Source: Antedon mediterranea (lineage: Eukaryota; Animalia; Echinodermata). From it: a stretch of 64,000 bases of DNA. Location: contig NC_092670.1 of NCBI RefSeq assembly GCF_964355755.1, positions 35,948,388 through 36,012,387 on the forward strand. The letters are read 5' to 3'. Positions 26,815-52,310 of the stretch are shown here, piece by piece. The notes under the pieces were generated by a model. That model made no database searches and had not been told where the DNA came from. It saw nothing but the letters and a program-made list of their open reading frames with translations. Each line of letters opens with the position of its first letter. Position 1 is the stretch's first letter. Position numbers and translations under genes: made by a program.

Positions 26815-29800
26815 TCAGGCAACAACGACGTTTGCTTTTCGGAGACTTAGCAAACCGTTTACGATGTCACTTGGAAGCAAGTGTATTCTTGAATATTCGT
26901 CAGTGTTGCTGTACCTTAGCTTTGTTTGTGGATCAGTATATTTTGCCTGAAATGTAAGATAAAAAAGATTACAATAATACACAAAATACAAAAAAAAACA
27001 CGAATTATAAAATACATGAGAATATGTCTCGATTAATTATTAGATTTATTGTCGATTTTTGTGTTTAAAATGATTTGCTTTTGCTAAAATATGTATGGTT
27101 TCCACAGTCACAAAGCAAGGACGTGACCTAAGGGCGTGGTGCAGAGCAAGAACGTGACCTAAGGGCGTGGTGCAGAGCAAGGACGTGACCTAAGGGTGTG
27201 GTGCAGAGCAAGGACGTAACGCAACGGAAATTATTGGACCAATCACAAGCGATAGGTTATTTGGAAATTGGACAGTGGCCAAAGTCAAATGTTCCAACAG
27301 AAAAACCTATTCTGGTGGGAAGCAACCTTAAGCAAGCATCCAGGAATGGAGTACGTTAAAATACAGAATCTATGTTAAGAGTACAAAATGCAAATTAAAG
27401 CCATTGCGTAACATTGTATTGTACATACATTTATAAAACTGTGTTATTCTATAGACCTCAATAGTACAGTTAGGATTACCGTTTTCGTGTAATCTTGGGA
27501 AAGTCGCTCATAAAGCTAGTTATGTAGTTTATTTATATTTTATTTTATCATATAATTATGAAACATGACATGTGCTGCTAGCTATAGTTTCTATATTTGA
27601 TCAGAGGTTTACGTAAATAAGGACAGCCTCAGATACAAGTCGTAGATTGTGCCAAATTACGCGAGTACAATAAGCCTCATACTAAGCAATTAAAGTTCAA
27701 TAAATCACATAGACAACTTACTGTTAACCCTGACAGGTCTGAATATTTCTTCGCAGGTTTAAAACTTGGTGGGGCATCAATACTACCGTCTAATATTAAT
27801 AAAACAATTTTTAATGAAATATATTTAGCAGTATAAAAAGACATTTAAAGATTTGATTGATTTGATGAGTATGATTAAACTAAAAGCGAAAAACATGTGT
27901 AAAGCTCTGTCTACACTATTAAACTAGTTTGACAAAAAAAAGTGTGATATGCCCAAATAACGTAGTGATATGATATCATCACAATATCCATAATAACAAC
28001 TTTATTTAAAAACGGATGCAACACTTGAATCACCATATTGGTGTTTTTCACAAGGCCGTTACTTACTACAAAACTATTTATACTATTACACAAGTTATCA
28101 ATTACAGTACAAAAACAACAACAACAACAACAACAACAAAAAAAAAAGATTTCATGAAAAAATATAGAGTTTCAAGTATATTTTATCTTTGGTCATTTAT
28201 CATTTTTTTAAATATATGTATATTAGGAGCTGTAATTGCATTTGAGTTTATAGCATTTAAACTATTCCATAGCTTTGCGCCAGAATACGAGAAACTTTTC
28301 TTTTTATACTCAGTGTTTGCCTTATGTAAACTTAGAATATCTTTTGATCTAGTATTATATGTTTGTTTGCGTTCATAGAATCTGTTTCTTAAGTAGGATG
28401 GTGTCAAGTTATTCATTATTTTATACATTGTGACTGCTTCGTTGTAATATTGTTTTTCTTCTAAATTAGGCCAATTTAAATCTTTGAGCGCCTGTGAGCT
28501 AGAGTCATACCTAGATGTATGTGTAATTATTTTAGCCGCTCTATTTTGGAGTACTTGGAGTTTATATTTGAGGGTTTGGTTACAACGACCCCATACTACA
28601 TTGCAGTAGTCAAAATGGTGGGCTATGATAGATTTGTACATTAATGATTGAATATTTTGAGGGAAAATATTGCTGCATTTTTTTAGATAGTACAGACCTG
28701 ATATTACTTTATTTTTCACCTGATCTATTTGTTTATGCCATTTTAAATTTTCATCGATAATAACACCTAATGTTTACAGTTATTTACCTTTTCAAGTTTT
28801 GTACCGTCTATATTAATATTAATATCCATGTTAATCAATTTATTTAATTTTTGATGTGTTCCTAAAATCATATATTCAGTCTTTTTAATGTTTAGACTTA
28901 ATTTGTTACTTGCTAACCATAGTTGTACATGTTTTAGATCAGTATTTACTTTGCTTATTATATCGTGTATGTCTTTAGATGCATAATATAACGCAGTGTC
29001 ATCTGCGTACATGCTTACATTTACATGAGAAACTGAGTTAGGTAGATCATTAATATACATGATAAATAGAAGGGGCCCTAATATTGATCCCTGAGGGATT
29101 CCACAAACACTATTAGACTTTACCGAATCAACATTGTTAATATTAGTAATATGTGTACGATTTGTTAAATAATTTTCAAACCATTTGATAACATGATTAG
29201 CAAAATTAAAATTGTGTAGTTTTTTTATTAGTATCTGGTGATTAACAGTGTCGAAAGCTTTTTTGACATCCACATAACACATTTTTTTGTCACATAATGT
29301 TTGAGTGTAAACAGAGCTTAAGTCCTCAATAAGGATCTTACATGCAATCTGGTTTTGGTTTCCAGGAGCTCTTTCAGCTGATACTATCTGCCTTAGGCTC
29401 TTCCAACCTTTGTTCTTCCTCCTTCCAACAGTTTTATCAAACTAAGAAGAAATCAAATTTGAATACTTTGTTTAAATAGCATTTTAATACCAAACTCATG
29501 TGTTTTGGAAAATAATTAGTTTACACTATATTCAAAATAATATATTATGATATAATATAAATTTACACTTCTTGGTCATTCTAATAACTTTTCTCTCTCT
29601 CTTGTGCCATCATAATCTTTAAAACTGCATGATACAAAATGTGTGATAGTTGCAACATGCTGGATAAAGCTCTATCTATACTATCAAATTTAATGTGACA
29701 AACAAATATGATGTGCCCATATATGGATATGATGATGTCATATCACCACCATTTTTAAACATATCACTACCATATCTGGGCACTTTTTTTTTGTCAAATT

Positions 29801-30687
29801 GGTTTGAAATGTACAGAGCTTTACACATATTAGTGTTTTGTGTATAAACAACTTTTTTTTAAGGAAGAAAGGGCAACAATACCTACCAAGTACTGTGGAT
29901 TTTTAAATGGGAGCTTTGGATTGACTGATACTTTTGGAAGGCTTGCCGGTGCTTCAATTTTCTGAGCGCTGCTTGATTTTGTTTCGGTAATCACTGGTTC
30001 TTCTGTTGGTTGAACCTTTGGAGAGGTTTTGGTCACTTCAGCGACAGTTCGTAATGGTGCTTGTTTTGTAGAAACACTTGTAACTGTGTTTGTACTTTTA
30101 GTTGGTGTAGTAGAGGTCTTTGAATAAAAATGTGTGATGAATTATTTAATTATCACGCATCCTTCCTAATCTACTATCATAACCTGCTGTGTACTAGATA
30201 ATAGGGTCTATCTAAATTGTAATTCCATGTAAGTACTGTTGTAAATGTAATGTAAGCCTAGCTAGACTTCTCTCTCCTCCGATCCTAGTTAAGTTGTAGT
30301 ATACTAAAGTAGTAGGAGTGGGAATAGTCCTAGTCTAGTTTGACTCTCCTACCTAGGTCTATTAGTAGTACTTATAATGTACGAGCTAGGAGTAGGAGGC
30401 CCTAGGCCTGTTCCTTTGCATTTTGAAAGGAGGGAAGAAATTCTCTTTTTACGACACTTCTGTCCTTCGAGTCAAAATCGGGTCCACTTCGTCTAGGCCT
30501 AGCCTAGCTTTGGGATAAAACAATAAACTGTATCGATTAAATTTATGATACCATGTTCTGGTTCACTTACCGATGTACCTCGTCGACGTTTGGATGGAGA
30601 AGGACTTGGAATTACTTTAGATTCTTGTGTATTTTGCTGAATATTTCTGCGCGACCTTGTATTCGGTCTTGTTGAGGGCGCAGACAT
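26815..30687 (-). CDS. INO80C: INO80 complex subunit C (IES6)
   Basis: Exons 30687-30571, 30117-29887, 29441-29342, 27789-27722, 26946-26815 give LPFKNPQY, WKSLRQIVSAER and the YL1-C-type segment YGSIDAPPSFKPAKKYSDLSGLTAKYTDPQTKLRY...LSLRKA. Confidence 0.93.
27097..27330. mobile_element. MITE-like element with internal 31-bp tandem repeats, related to 57558-57880 and a remnant at ~4560-4655
   Basis: Ends tggtttccaca / ctggtgggaagcaacctta; unit gcaaggacgtgacctaagggcgtggtgcaga three times. Confidence 0.5.
27902..27980. mobile_element. Left half of an AGCTCTGTCTACAC-family MITE; right half at 29276-29320
   Basis: Matches the family terminal repeat and interior; the remainder resumes after the LINE fragment. 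Confidence 0.7.
28183..29282 (-). mobile_element. 5'-truncated non-LTR retrotransposon (CR1/L2-group) reverse transcriptase fragment in INO80C intron 3
   Basis: KAFDTVNH, GIPQGSILGPLLF, YADD, LQNRAAKII. One-base frameshift at ~28769 (KH/LGVIIDENLKW). (TTG)n/T-rich tract downstream at ~28112-28148. Confidence 0.9.
29668..29820. mobile_element. MITE, AGCTCTGTCTACAC family (PIF/Harbinger-like, TWA flanks)
   Basis: Ends agctctatctatactatcaaa ... tgtacagagct; interior shared with other copies. Confidence 0.7.
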
Positions 30688-30961
30688 ATTTGTTTTGAAA
30701 AAGACCTTTTTATAATTGCCAGATTTATACTTAAAATAATTATTAATTAAATGGCATTATTTTTACAACATTCATTTACTTTACTAAATTGGTAGCAGTA
30801 TAATATTATCAATATATCACGAGACAATGTAAAACTTCTTTATAAAGCAACATTTGTTATTATAATTTTCAAATCATTCAATAAAGAGTTAAATAATTCG
30901 GATATCCTGTCAACATCCTTTGATGATGGATTGATTGGTGAAAGCTGGAGTTCTGGCCTCA
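30688..30961. promoter_or_regulatory. Probable bidirectional promoter, INO80C / C2orf69-like
   Basis: Divergent start codons about 275 bp apart. Inferred from arrangement only. Confidence 0.55.
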
Positions 30962-32367
30962 ATGGGTGTAGGTTTTAGCCTATTTTATGCCAGTAATATG
31001 GCTTCTAATGATGAACAACCTGAATGCAGAAGGATTGAACTTATTGAAGGTTTACATGGTCGCAAAAATACATTGATATCGCCTGTTCAAATGATGAATG
31101 ATGCAAATTCTACCAGCTTTACAAAACAAGATAGGGAAAGCCATGTTGTGTATTTCCCAGGAGATGTCCAGGTACGTGAAAACACGTAAGGCCCCTGGGA
31201 GACATTGAGGTTGCATGAAGAAATTCTCAATCATGTGTTTGAGTAATTTTATTTAATTAATTTTTTTTTGCAAAGTAAATCTAGGAATGGAGAGTGCAGT
31301 TATTTTGTAGTAGTACTAGTAGTAATACTAATAGTAGTGTCTTTGTTACTCTATTCATTCAATCAACCTCAATTCACTTTATCACCTGAGAGTGTGTGTG
31401 GGTATCAGGGTACTTGACATTTATATTATATATAAACTGTATAATCGTCCACGTTTTATTGTGCTAGTCTTAAATTTATGTTTTTTCTATGTTTATTACA
31501 TTAATAGTATTTACTAAATTGGAAATGTATTTGATTCAAATATTTAAAAAAAAACGAATTATTATCCAAAATTGTATTCTTTTTTTTATACAGACCTTTA
31601 CGAAAGAAATGTCTCTGCGTAGAGTTGGTAAAAAGTGGATGAATTGGAGCTTTGAAAAGACCGCCAGAATTCTTCAACAACGCTTTCCTACTTCATGGAT
31701 CTGGGTCGTCCGTCCGCACCGTGTCCACGAGTTCGTTTTCAGTTGTTTTGAAAATTTTGTCGATTGTAACATTATTGGTTCCCCGATTGAATTTGAATAC
31801 AGAAATGCCACTGAACATCTTCAGCTGTTATTACAGAATGCTTGTAAAAGTCTGGAGAATATTATAAATGAACGAAGTGAAGAGGAAAACAATGAAGGTG
31901 AAACCTGTGTGCTGGATGGTAATGAAAGACTAGCAAACGAAAATCAAAAGCATATATCAGTAGATCCAACTTTACCAGTAAAACTTGTAGGTTTTAGTAA
32001 AGGCTGTGTGGTTTTAAATCAAATTGTGTTTGAGTTGAAACAATCGCTAGAATCAACCACAGAACTAAAGAACTTTGTCAAGCGAATCTCTGCAATTTAT
32101 TGGCTCGATGGCGGACATTCGGGAGAAGAGAATACTTGGGTGACGGATCGGGAAACGCTAGAAGTATTAGCAAATACGGGTATCAAAATCCACGCCCATG
32201 TCACGCCATATCAGGTTGATGATGTGGCTCGGCCATGGATCGCGGAAGAACACAGAGAATTTGTAGCAGTTTTGAAGGAGTTAAAAGCTGACATTACGGA
32301 TAAGATTCACTTTGAAGCAATAGAAAGGTCGCTTAAAATTCATTTTGAACTTTTAGGACATTTTTGA
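30962..32367 (+). CDS. C2orf69: C2orf69 (UPF0565) homolog, 2 exons
   Basis: Exons 30962-31171 and 31594-32367. Motifs VYFPGDVQ, GFSKGCVVLNQ, YWLDGGHSG, HVTPYQV. Start codon uncertain. Confidence 0.88.
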
Positions 32368-32384
32368 TATCCTGTGGACATGAA

Positions 32385-32541
32385 AGCTCTGTCGACACTG
32401 TAAAACTAGTTTGGCAAAAAGGTGCGATATGCCCAAATATTGTAGTGATCATCATCATATGTCCATATGGGGACATCATATGTCCATATGGGCACATCAC
32501 ATTTGTTTTGTCACATAAAGTTTGATAGTGTGGAAAGAGCT
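32385..32541. mobile_element. MITE, AGCTCTGTCTACAC family, in the C2orf69 3' region
   Basis: agctctgtcgacactg ... gatagtgtggaaagagct. Confidence 0.75.
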
Positions 32542-33023
32542 TAAGAAGGCATAGTATGATTGAATGCAAATGATTGTGCAATATATAAAGTATTGGGAAG
32601 TCAGTATGATAATTCACTGATTTGACCACTCAATGCAGCTTAAAAATGTTTTGTTTTTAACTAGTTATAATATTATGAACAACTTCACTTCAATTTCAAT
32701 AAAAAGGCTTTGTGTGTGATTAGTACGTATTATCAATTGTAAAATTATTACATACATATCTTTATGGGATATTTTATGAAATATCGATAATGAATTTAAT
32801 TCTTTATTTTTACAGTACTGTTTACATATAATAATAAACAGTAGTACTCTACTACTTTATAACACTCTTATCTTGAGTTTTTTTAATCTTCTAACATAAT
32901 TTTGACAAATCTGAAGTAAGGTATATTTAATTTTATAATGAGAACAAGATTAATGTGATCTTATTTTTCCTCCATCGTTTAATACAGTTAAAAACTTTTG
33001 TTCTGGCAATCTTTTATGATGAA

Positions 33024-33100
33024 TATGGGCGTGGTCTTGTGTTACCGCCACGTGTTGTCTGTTTATGATTTTACGGTTGATTAAGCAATATGTGATTGCA
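33024..33100 (+). promoter_or_regulatory. Non-coding block upstream of RECQL copy A, conserved at 41610-41685
   Basis: gggcgtggtc (GC-box-like), ccacgtg (E-box) and ggttgattaagcaatatgtga are retained in both duplicates. Confidence 0.45.
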
Positions 33101-34551
33101 CAGTATTGTACTGTACTTTTTTGCAGTGTTGGATTTTCCCCGTGCAAGCAAAGAAGGCGGCCCAGGTAATGTTTGAATTGTTACAATTTACCTTTAAAAA
33201 TCATTGTCTAAACTTTTGTAAACTATAAGCGTAATAATATAGACATATCCATGCCTGGATTAAGTATATTAGTGGAGGATTTTCGGTCATAAAACTACTA
33301 GTACTACTAAAGTATCTACCAACCAGGGCCTCTATTATAATAATTTAGAGTCTGCTAGACGTCTAGGCCTACTAGATGCTTAGCTAGATAGAGAGATGTT
33401 ACTACTTACTTGCTAGTTACTATAGCTAGGCCTAGTACTACCTACACTACAGATGAGAGAAACCTGTTATTAATAATGTCTTGGCATTGTGATGTGTATT
33501 GTATACGATGATATGCTACTACCTAGTGGTACACATAATACAATTAGTTACAGTAGCATAAAATATAGTCCTACTACTAGATAAACCATACCATAGAGTA
33601 AATAAACTTATATTTAAGTTAATATTAATAATAATAATTAGTACTAATAATTTCATTTCCAGACAGGGTTGTGTCATGCTGTTGGGTTAGGTGTACATGA
33701 CAGTGGATTGTAATGATTCCAGCAGCTGCAAGAGTAATCAGAGTGCATTGCCTTCAGTGTCAGTTTTTATTGCTCAAGTATTACAAAGGTTCATTAAAAT
33801 AATATAAAAGTTTGATTTTAATTCGGCATCCCGAAGCCGTAAATATACACTTGAATTTTGTGTAAGACTTGTTGACCAAATAAATAGAAAATGTTATAGC
33901 AGGGAAGAGTAAAGTAAGACGGAAGAGGGGGAAGATTGTAATTTCACTCTTCCCTGGTGTTACTGTATATACATAATAACAGTATGAACATCTTTCAAAT
34001 TTCACTAACCACCTCAAATAACCAGCAGAGATCGTTATATTTTATTTTATATTTTATATAATTATATTTTAAAAGCATCTTTGACTCGTCTCTCTAACCT
34101 CTCGCTACGTCCTTGATGAACCAAACCCACCTTATTGTAATAGGTATAAGACTAATAGTGGTGCTGGTGATATTATATAATTCTTGGTGAAAGCCATTCT
34201 TTTTCAAATGGTTTACAATCTGGGAACTTTCATTGCCAAAAAGGTGTGCAAAAAATTATGTTGTACAATGTATGTTGTAAAAAAATGGAATAATAGACTG
34301 TCACTTCAGTCAGTTTGAGCACAAATTTCAAACTGTACTGTGTATTATAATATGATTTATTAACATTTTAAATTTACAGGAGGACGTGGAAAACTTGTTA
34401 AATGTTACATTGAACGAATTAAAATCAACTTTACTAAGGAAAAAGGAATTTGTCCAAATTGCAACACACAGTTTGGTAGAAAAACAGAGATCAAGCGAAA
34501 AGAAGTGATAAAAATCATTCAGGGAAAAGTCTTCACAAAAAACTAACAAAC

Positions 34552-40696
<6,145 letters not shown>

Positions 40697-40989
40697 ACAC
40701 AAGAAATTTGATCATGAGAGATGGCATGTATGTTGCGGACATCAAGCTGGATTTGAACGAAGAACCTTTAAGATTGGTAGCCACGAATTTTAACCACAAA
40801 TCTACAATAGACAAAGTACAGTAGAAAGGGACATCTCCAAGATCCAACATTCAATGTGTTTCCTTGCCAGGGTTAGGCATGTTAAGTCTTTTGTTTTAAC
40901 AGTATGTGTCCTCTCAATAAGGGTGTCCCTTAAACAGGGGTGTACAAATGAGAGGGGGTTCAACAGTAATTCAGTGGTGTAAAATATTA

Positions 40990-41500
40990 TTAACAATTTT
41001 CAAATACTTCATCAATATATTATTATTAATATCAAGATCAAAATCTTACAGTACAGTAAAAGAATTCTCTTTATCACTCCTTGTGTTTAAATTAAAGCAG
41101 GGAGGCATAACAATTAATAGTAATTATTTTTTATTCCTCCCTGAGTGATTATAAAGTACACTCGATTCAGTAACCATTTCAATGTTTTTGAATAATAATG
41201 CTTTTCTTTATCTCTTACTTGGTAAGGCTGAAAATAATAATACATTAATTTAACAAAAAAATGTTGTGTACTGTGTAATTATTCTGTATTCTGTAACTAC
41301 TGTCACATACTTCAGCAACCACTAAAGACAATTCTTATGAGGTTTTTTTTATTTTTAAAGATTAGAGATGAGTTTCAGGGGTCGGTGTCACATTCAAATG
41401 AAGGTGGGAAGAAGAAGTATTAAAAAGGGTGCACACTACTGGTTGTCTACGAAAATTGCACACGTACAGCAGGAATTGAGCTCAAAATTAAATACATTGA
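40990..41500 (-). pseudogene. Decayed duplicate of the MRNIP last exon and preceding intron
   Basis: Blocks match 49900-50750 (caaatacttcatcaatat; gattcagtaaccattt; tctcttacttggtaaggctgaaaa; tttcaggggtcggtgtca) with roughly 430 bp deleted internally. Confidence 0.75.
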
Positions 41501-42206
41501 CATTCACACACAATTTCTTTTTTCTGCCTTCTTATAATATCATATACATGGTTTAATCATGGATGACCCTCTAGTTATAAACTTTTTCGGGCAATCTTTT
41601 TTAATGGCTTATGGGCGTGGTCTTATGTTTACCACGTGTGTTGTTTGTTTATGATTTCACGGTTGATTAAGCAATATGTGACTGCGCTCGGTAACTTTTT
41701 CGGGGTCTGATTTTTCTTGTAACAATTAAGGCCTAACATTATGTTTTATTGTTACATAAATTTACCTTTAATAAACAAATCATTGTCTAAAATAGTGTAA
41801 GCTAAAGAAAGATCTATCCATACCTGGTCCTGGATTAAGTATTAGGGAAGGATTTCCGATTAGTAAACCGAGCTAACCTAGGCTACTATATTAATTCTAG
41901 AGATAGACTAACTAAGGCTACTATTATCTACCTATCCTGACTGACTGGCTGGTAGAGGCCGTGGTAACAAGCCAGGCAGGCCTTGTTGGTCGCTCTCGAA
42001 CTAGTGGGTGGATGGTTGGTTCGAGCCTAGCAATTATAGATATACTTAAGTCGCATTCCCCATAGGCCTACAGCTGAATCAGATTGGAGAAACTAGTTTA
42101 ATTAATTATTATTAATTATTAAATTATGTCTTACTCTTGGTTGGCTACATATGCATATGCTATTACTGTCCAAACTACAATACTATAATTTAAGTTAGCA
42201 TACAAT

Positions 42207-42230
42207 CATGGAGGTATTTATACCTCCATG
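42207..42230. mobile_element. 24-bp TIR-only insert with 7-bp target duplication (putative P-element footprint)
   Basis: ATACAAT-catggaggtatttatacctccatg-ATACAAT. Confidence 0.7.
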
Positions 42231-42528
42231 ATACAATATAGGCCTAGAATTTAGAATAAACATAAATATATTTAACTGTATTTGAGTTAATAATTATTTT
42301 CCAGTACAGCCAGGGACCTGTGTCAGTTGAGTAAAAGTGTAAATTGTAATGATTCCAGCACCTGCAAGAGCAATCTGAGCGCATTTACTTCAGTGTTACA
42401 TTGAACAAATAAAAATCAACTTTACAGAAAAAAGAAGTTGTCCAAATTGCAAGACACAGTTTGGTAGAAAAAAAGGGATCGTTAAGCGAAAAGAAGTGAT
42501 AAAAATCATTGACAAAAAACTAATAGAC

Positions 42529-49630
<7,102 letters not shown>

Positions 49631-49887
49631 TCCTGGAGATCTTTCAAATCTAATTTATACATACATTATTAAGTATTACGAGAGTTCTAGTCATGGTCCA
49701 TCCTAGAAGTGACAATATAGAGATGGAATGCATGTGGACATCTGGTTGGATTTGAACACAAGACTGGTAACCAATCATTTTGAACAACAAGCTACAATGA
49801 CAACTTCAGGACTGAACAAAGTATTCCCTTAATATGGCTTCCCATGAACATAAAAATATTATTAAAGTAAAATATTACTGTATTTAT

Positions 49888-51613
49888 TTAATACCAATCT
49901 TCAAATACTTCATCAATATTAATATTAACATCAAAATTCTGATTCTTAGTAACATAATTCTCCTTATCACTTCTTGTGTTTGGATTAGAGTAAACAGATT
50001 CAGTAACCATTTTATTTAAGCCTAATGCTTCAGCTGTGTTTGTAACACCCTCATCAGAGCCATCATCATCATTGTCAGAGCTATCAGAAACATTGCCAAA
50101 GTTGCTCTGGTTGGTGTCCATAAATTGTGACCACTTACTGCTGGTTGCTTTTGGAGTATTATTCATGGAATGTTTTTGTGACACTGACAGATTGTTATTA
50201 GAAGAAATAGAAAATATGTTTATTTTTTGTGACATATTTTTGTTGGAAGAATCTATGTTTCTCTTTTGTATTATTTTATTGTGATTGTTCGCATCAGTTT
50301 GGTAACTGTCAAACAATTCTTCCTGCTTGGCAATCGCCTCTTGGCTGGGAAGTACAGAAGTCAGCGATGTGTCTGCCGAAACATGTTGATGATTAAATTC
50401 TTGTTTGGCACCGAAGGAGCTATTTTTGTTATTTGAATTGAATGTTTTTGAATAATTATGCTTTTCTTGATCTCTTACTTGGTAAGGCTGAAAAAAAATA
50501 TATTATTTGATACAAAAAAATGTGTATACTGTAGTGTAATTATTCTGTATTGTGTAAATACTGTACTTCACCAACCATTAAAGGACCATGAGGGTTTTTT
50601 TTGTGCACAGGCTTAGAGATGGGTTTCAGGGGTCGGTGTCATATTCAAATGGAATAGAAGGTGGGAAGGAGTCATTTAAAAACAATTAGGGGCACTTGAG
50701 GGACAGGTTTATGGAAATTGCAAACATACACGCATGAATTTAGCTCAAAATGTTGGGTGTTTTTTACGAAACAAATTAAATACCATAATGCACACACACC
50801 TTAAATTTACAATTTTTATTTCTTTTTTCAGCTTTCCACTTTTGGCTTTTAAATTTTCTTGATTCTTTTTCTTCTCTCAACATTACATCTCTATCAGTAG
50901 TAAACCTCAAATCATCATTTTTGCTACCAACATTTAAACTATCAGTATCATCCTCCTCTAAGAACTGGTTCCACTTAGAGGATGCTGGCTCCGAAGATGA
51001 TGCAAGTGGCAGCTCTGTTGTGGGTTCTATCCAGGTGGGTTCAAATTCATTTGGTGGTTCATCAGTATCTATAGGAGTTGCTAAAGTCATTTTGTGCATG
51101 TTTAAACTCTGGACTAACTTGCGGCAATCTGCACCAGAACCACGTCCATATACCTTAAAAAATAAAACGTCATAGTAATCAAAATTCAATAATAATAAAT
51201 ACTGTGGGGAGCTGCTTTCACATCGATATCTACAGTGGAAACTTCAGTATTAGCCCTTCAGAATTGTCGCGTGTGGTGTAAAAACCCACTCAAGAGGTGG
51301 ATTTTTCAATTACACTGATTTACCACAAGATAAAGAGAGATTTGACAATACTTGTGTAAAAAGATGCATGTAATATGACCTTTAAGGTCACCTTGCTGGG
51401 AAAATTTATTTGTAGTCCCAAGAGCAATTTAGGTTGACACGTAATTATGTTTAAAGTCCGAACACAACCTATGTTGCAAGGTGCACGCGGTACCTTCTTT
51501 ATTGATTGCTTAGCGGCACACATCTTGCATGCCCACTTTGGATTCTTCTTCACCTGCTGGACTTGAAATGTTTGACAGTCATAGCAACAAACCGCTTGGA
51601 AAATTTGAGGCAT
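49888..51613 (-). CDS. MRNIP: MRN complex-interacting protein (C5orf45 homolog)
   Basis: Exons 51613-51494, 51153-50800, 50487-49888. N-terminus CCYDCQTFQVQQVKKNPKWACKMCAAKQSIKKVYGRGSGADCRKLVQSLN and two SKWxQF motifs. Confidence 0.9.
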
Positions 51614-52310
51614 GATCACTAAGGCCTGATACTATGAATAAATCGATAAAATAATATTAATAGTTAGGTAGTAATAGTTTATTTACAATAAATTCATTTA
51701 TTTATATTTAAAATAATTTTGTTTGGTTTGAGTGGAGGAACAGCTCAGGAGGAGGTGTACTTTAGTCTAGTCCATGAAAGATGAAGGTATACCTTCGTAC
51801 ATGGCCAATTAGGGTAGGCTAAACTTTAGGTCTATACTACTACTGTACACTATCTCTTCCTGCTAGAAGCAGTACTAGTAGTAGAGTCTACTCTAACTAT
51901 TATTAGCCTATATTATTATTAGGCTATGCTAGGTGGATAGGCCTAAACTACTACTATGCTAGGCCTAACTAGCTTTAAAGTTATGGATGAATGAGCTTGG
52001 ATTCTTCCTACTTTCCTTGACAATATCAAATCACAATAGCATATGTTGACTATATATTAATATGACATTTTATTATATTATTAATACTAAATTGTACTTG
52101 TATAAGTCTTGTACTCTGTCGATTCGGAAATTCAAAACAACATTTTTGTTTTTTCGCGGATTTATTTTGTTGCCAGAAAGTTTCACAATTTTCACTATAT
52201 CTTTTAACCAATCAGCGAATAGTATTTTCAGTTCTATTTCTGACAACACACAGATTTTCTTGTTGGCTAGCTTTTTCTAGGCCCTAGCCTAGGCTAGACT
52301 TTGCTAAGTT

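Noticed and set aside
26702-26817. INO80C-DGLUCY fusion protein by stop-codon read-through, or a frameshifted mitochondrial presequence in the spacer
   Set aside because: Double stop TGA TAA, a 113-nt spacer that changes frame, and an in-frame TAA three codons before the DGLUCY ATG.
51773-51803. catg...gaaggtataccttc...catg hairpin as a third transposon footprint
   Set aside because: Arms are imperfect and no flanking direct repeat is visible.
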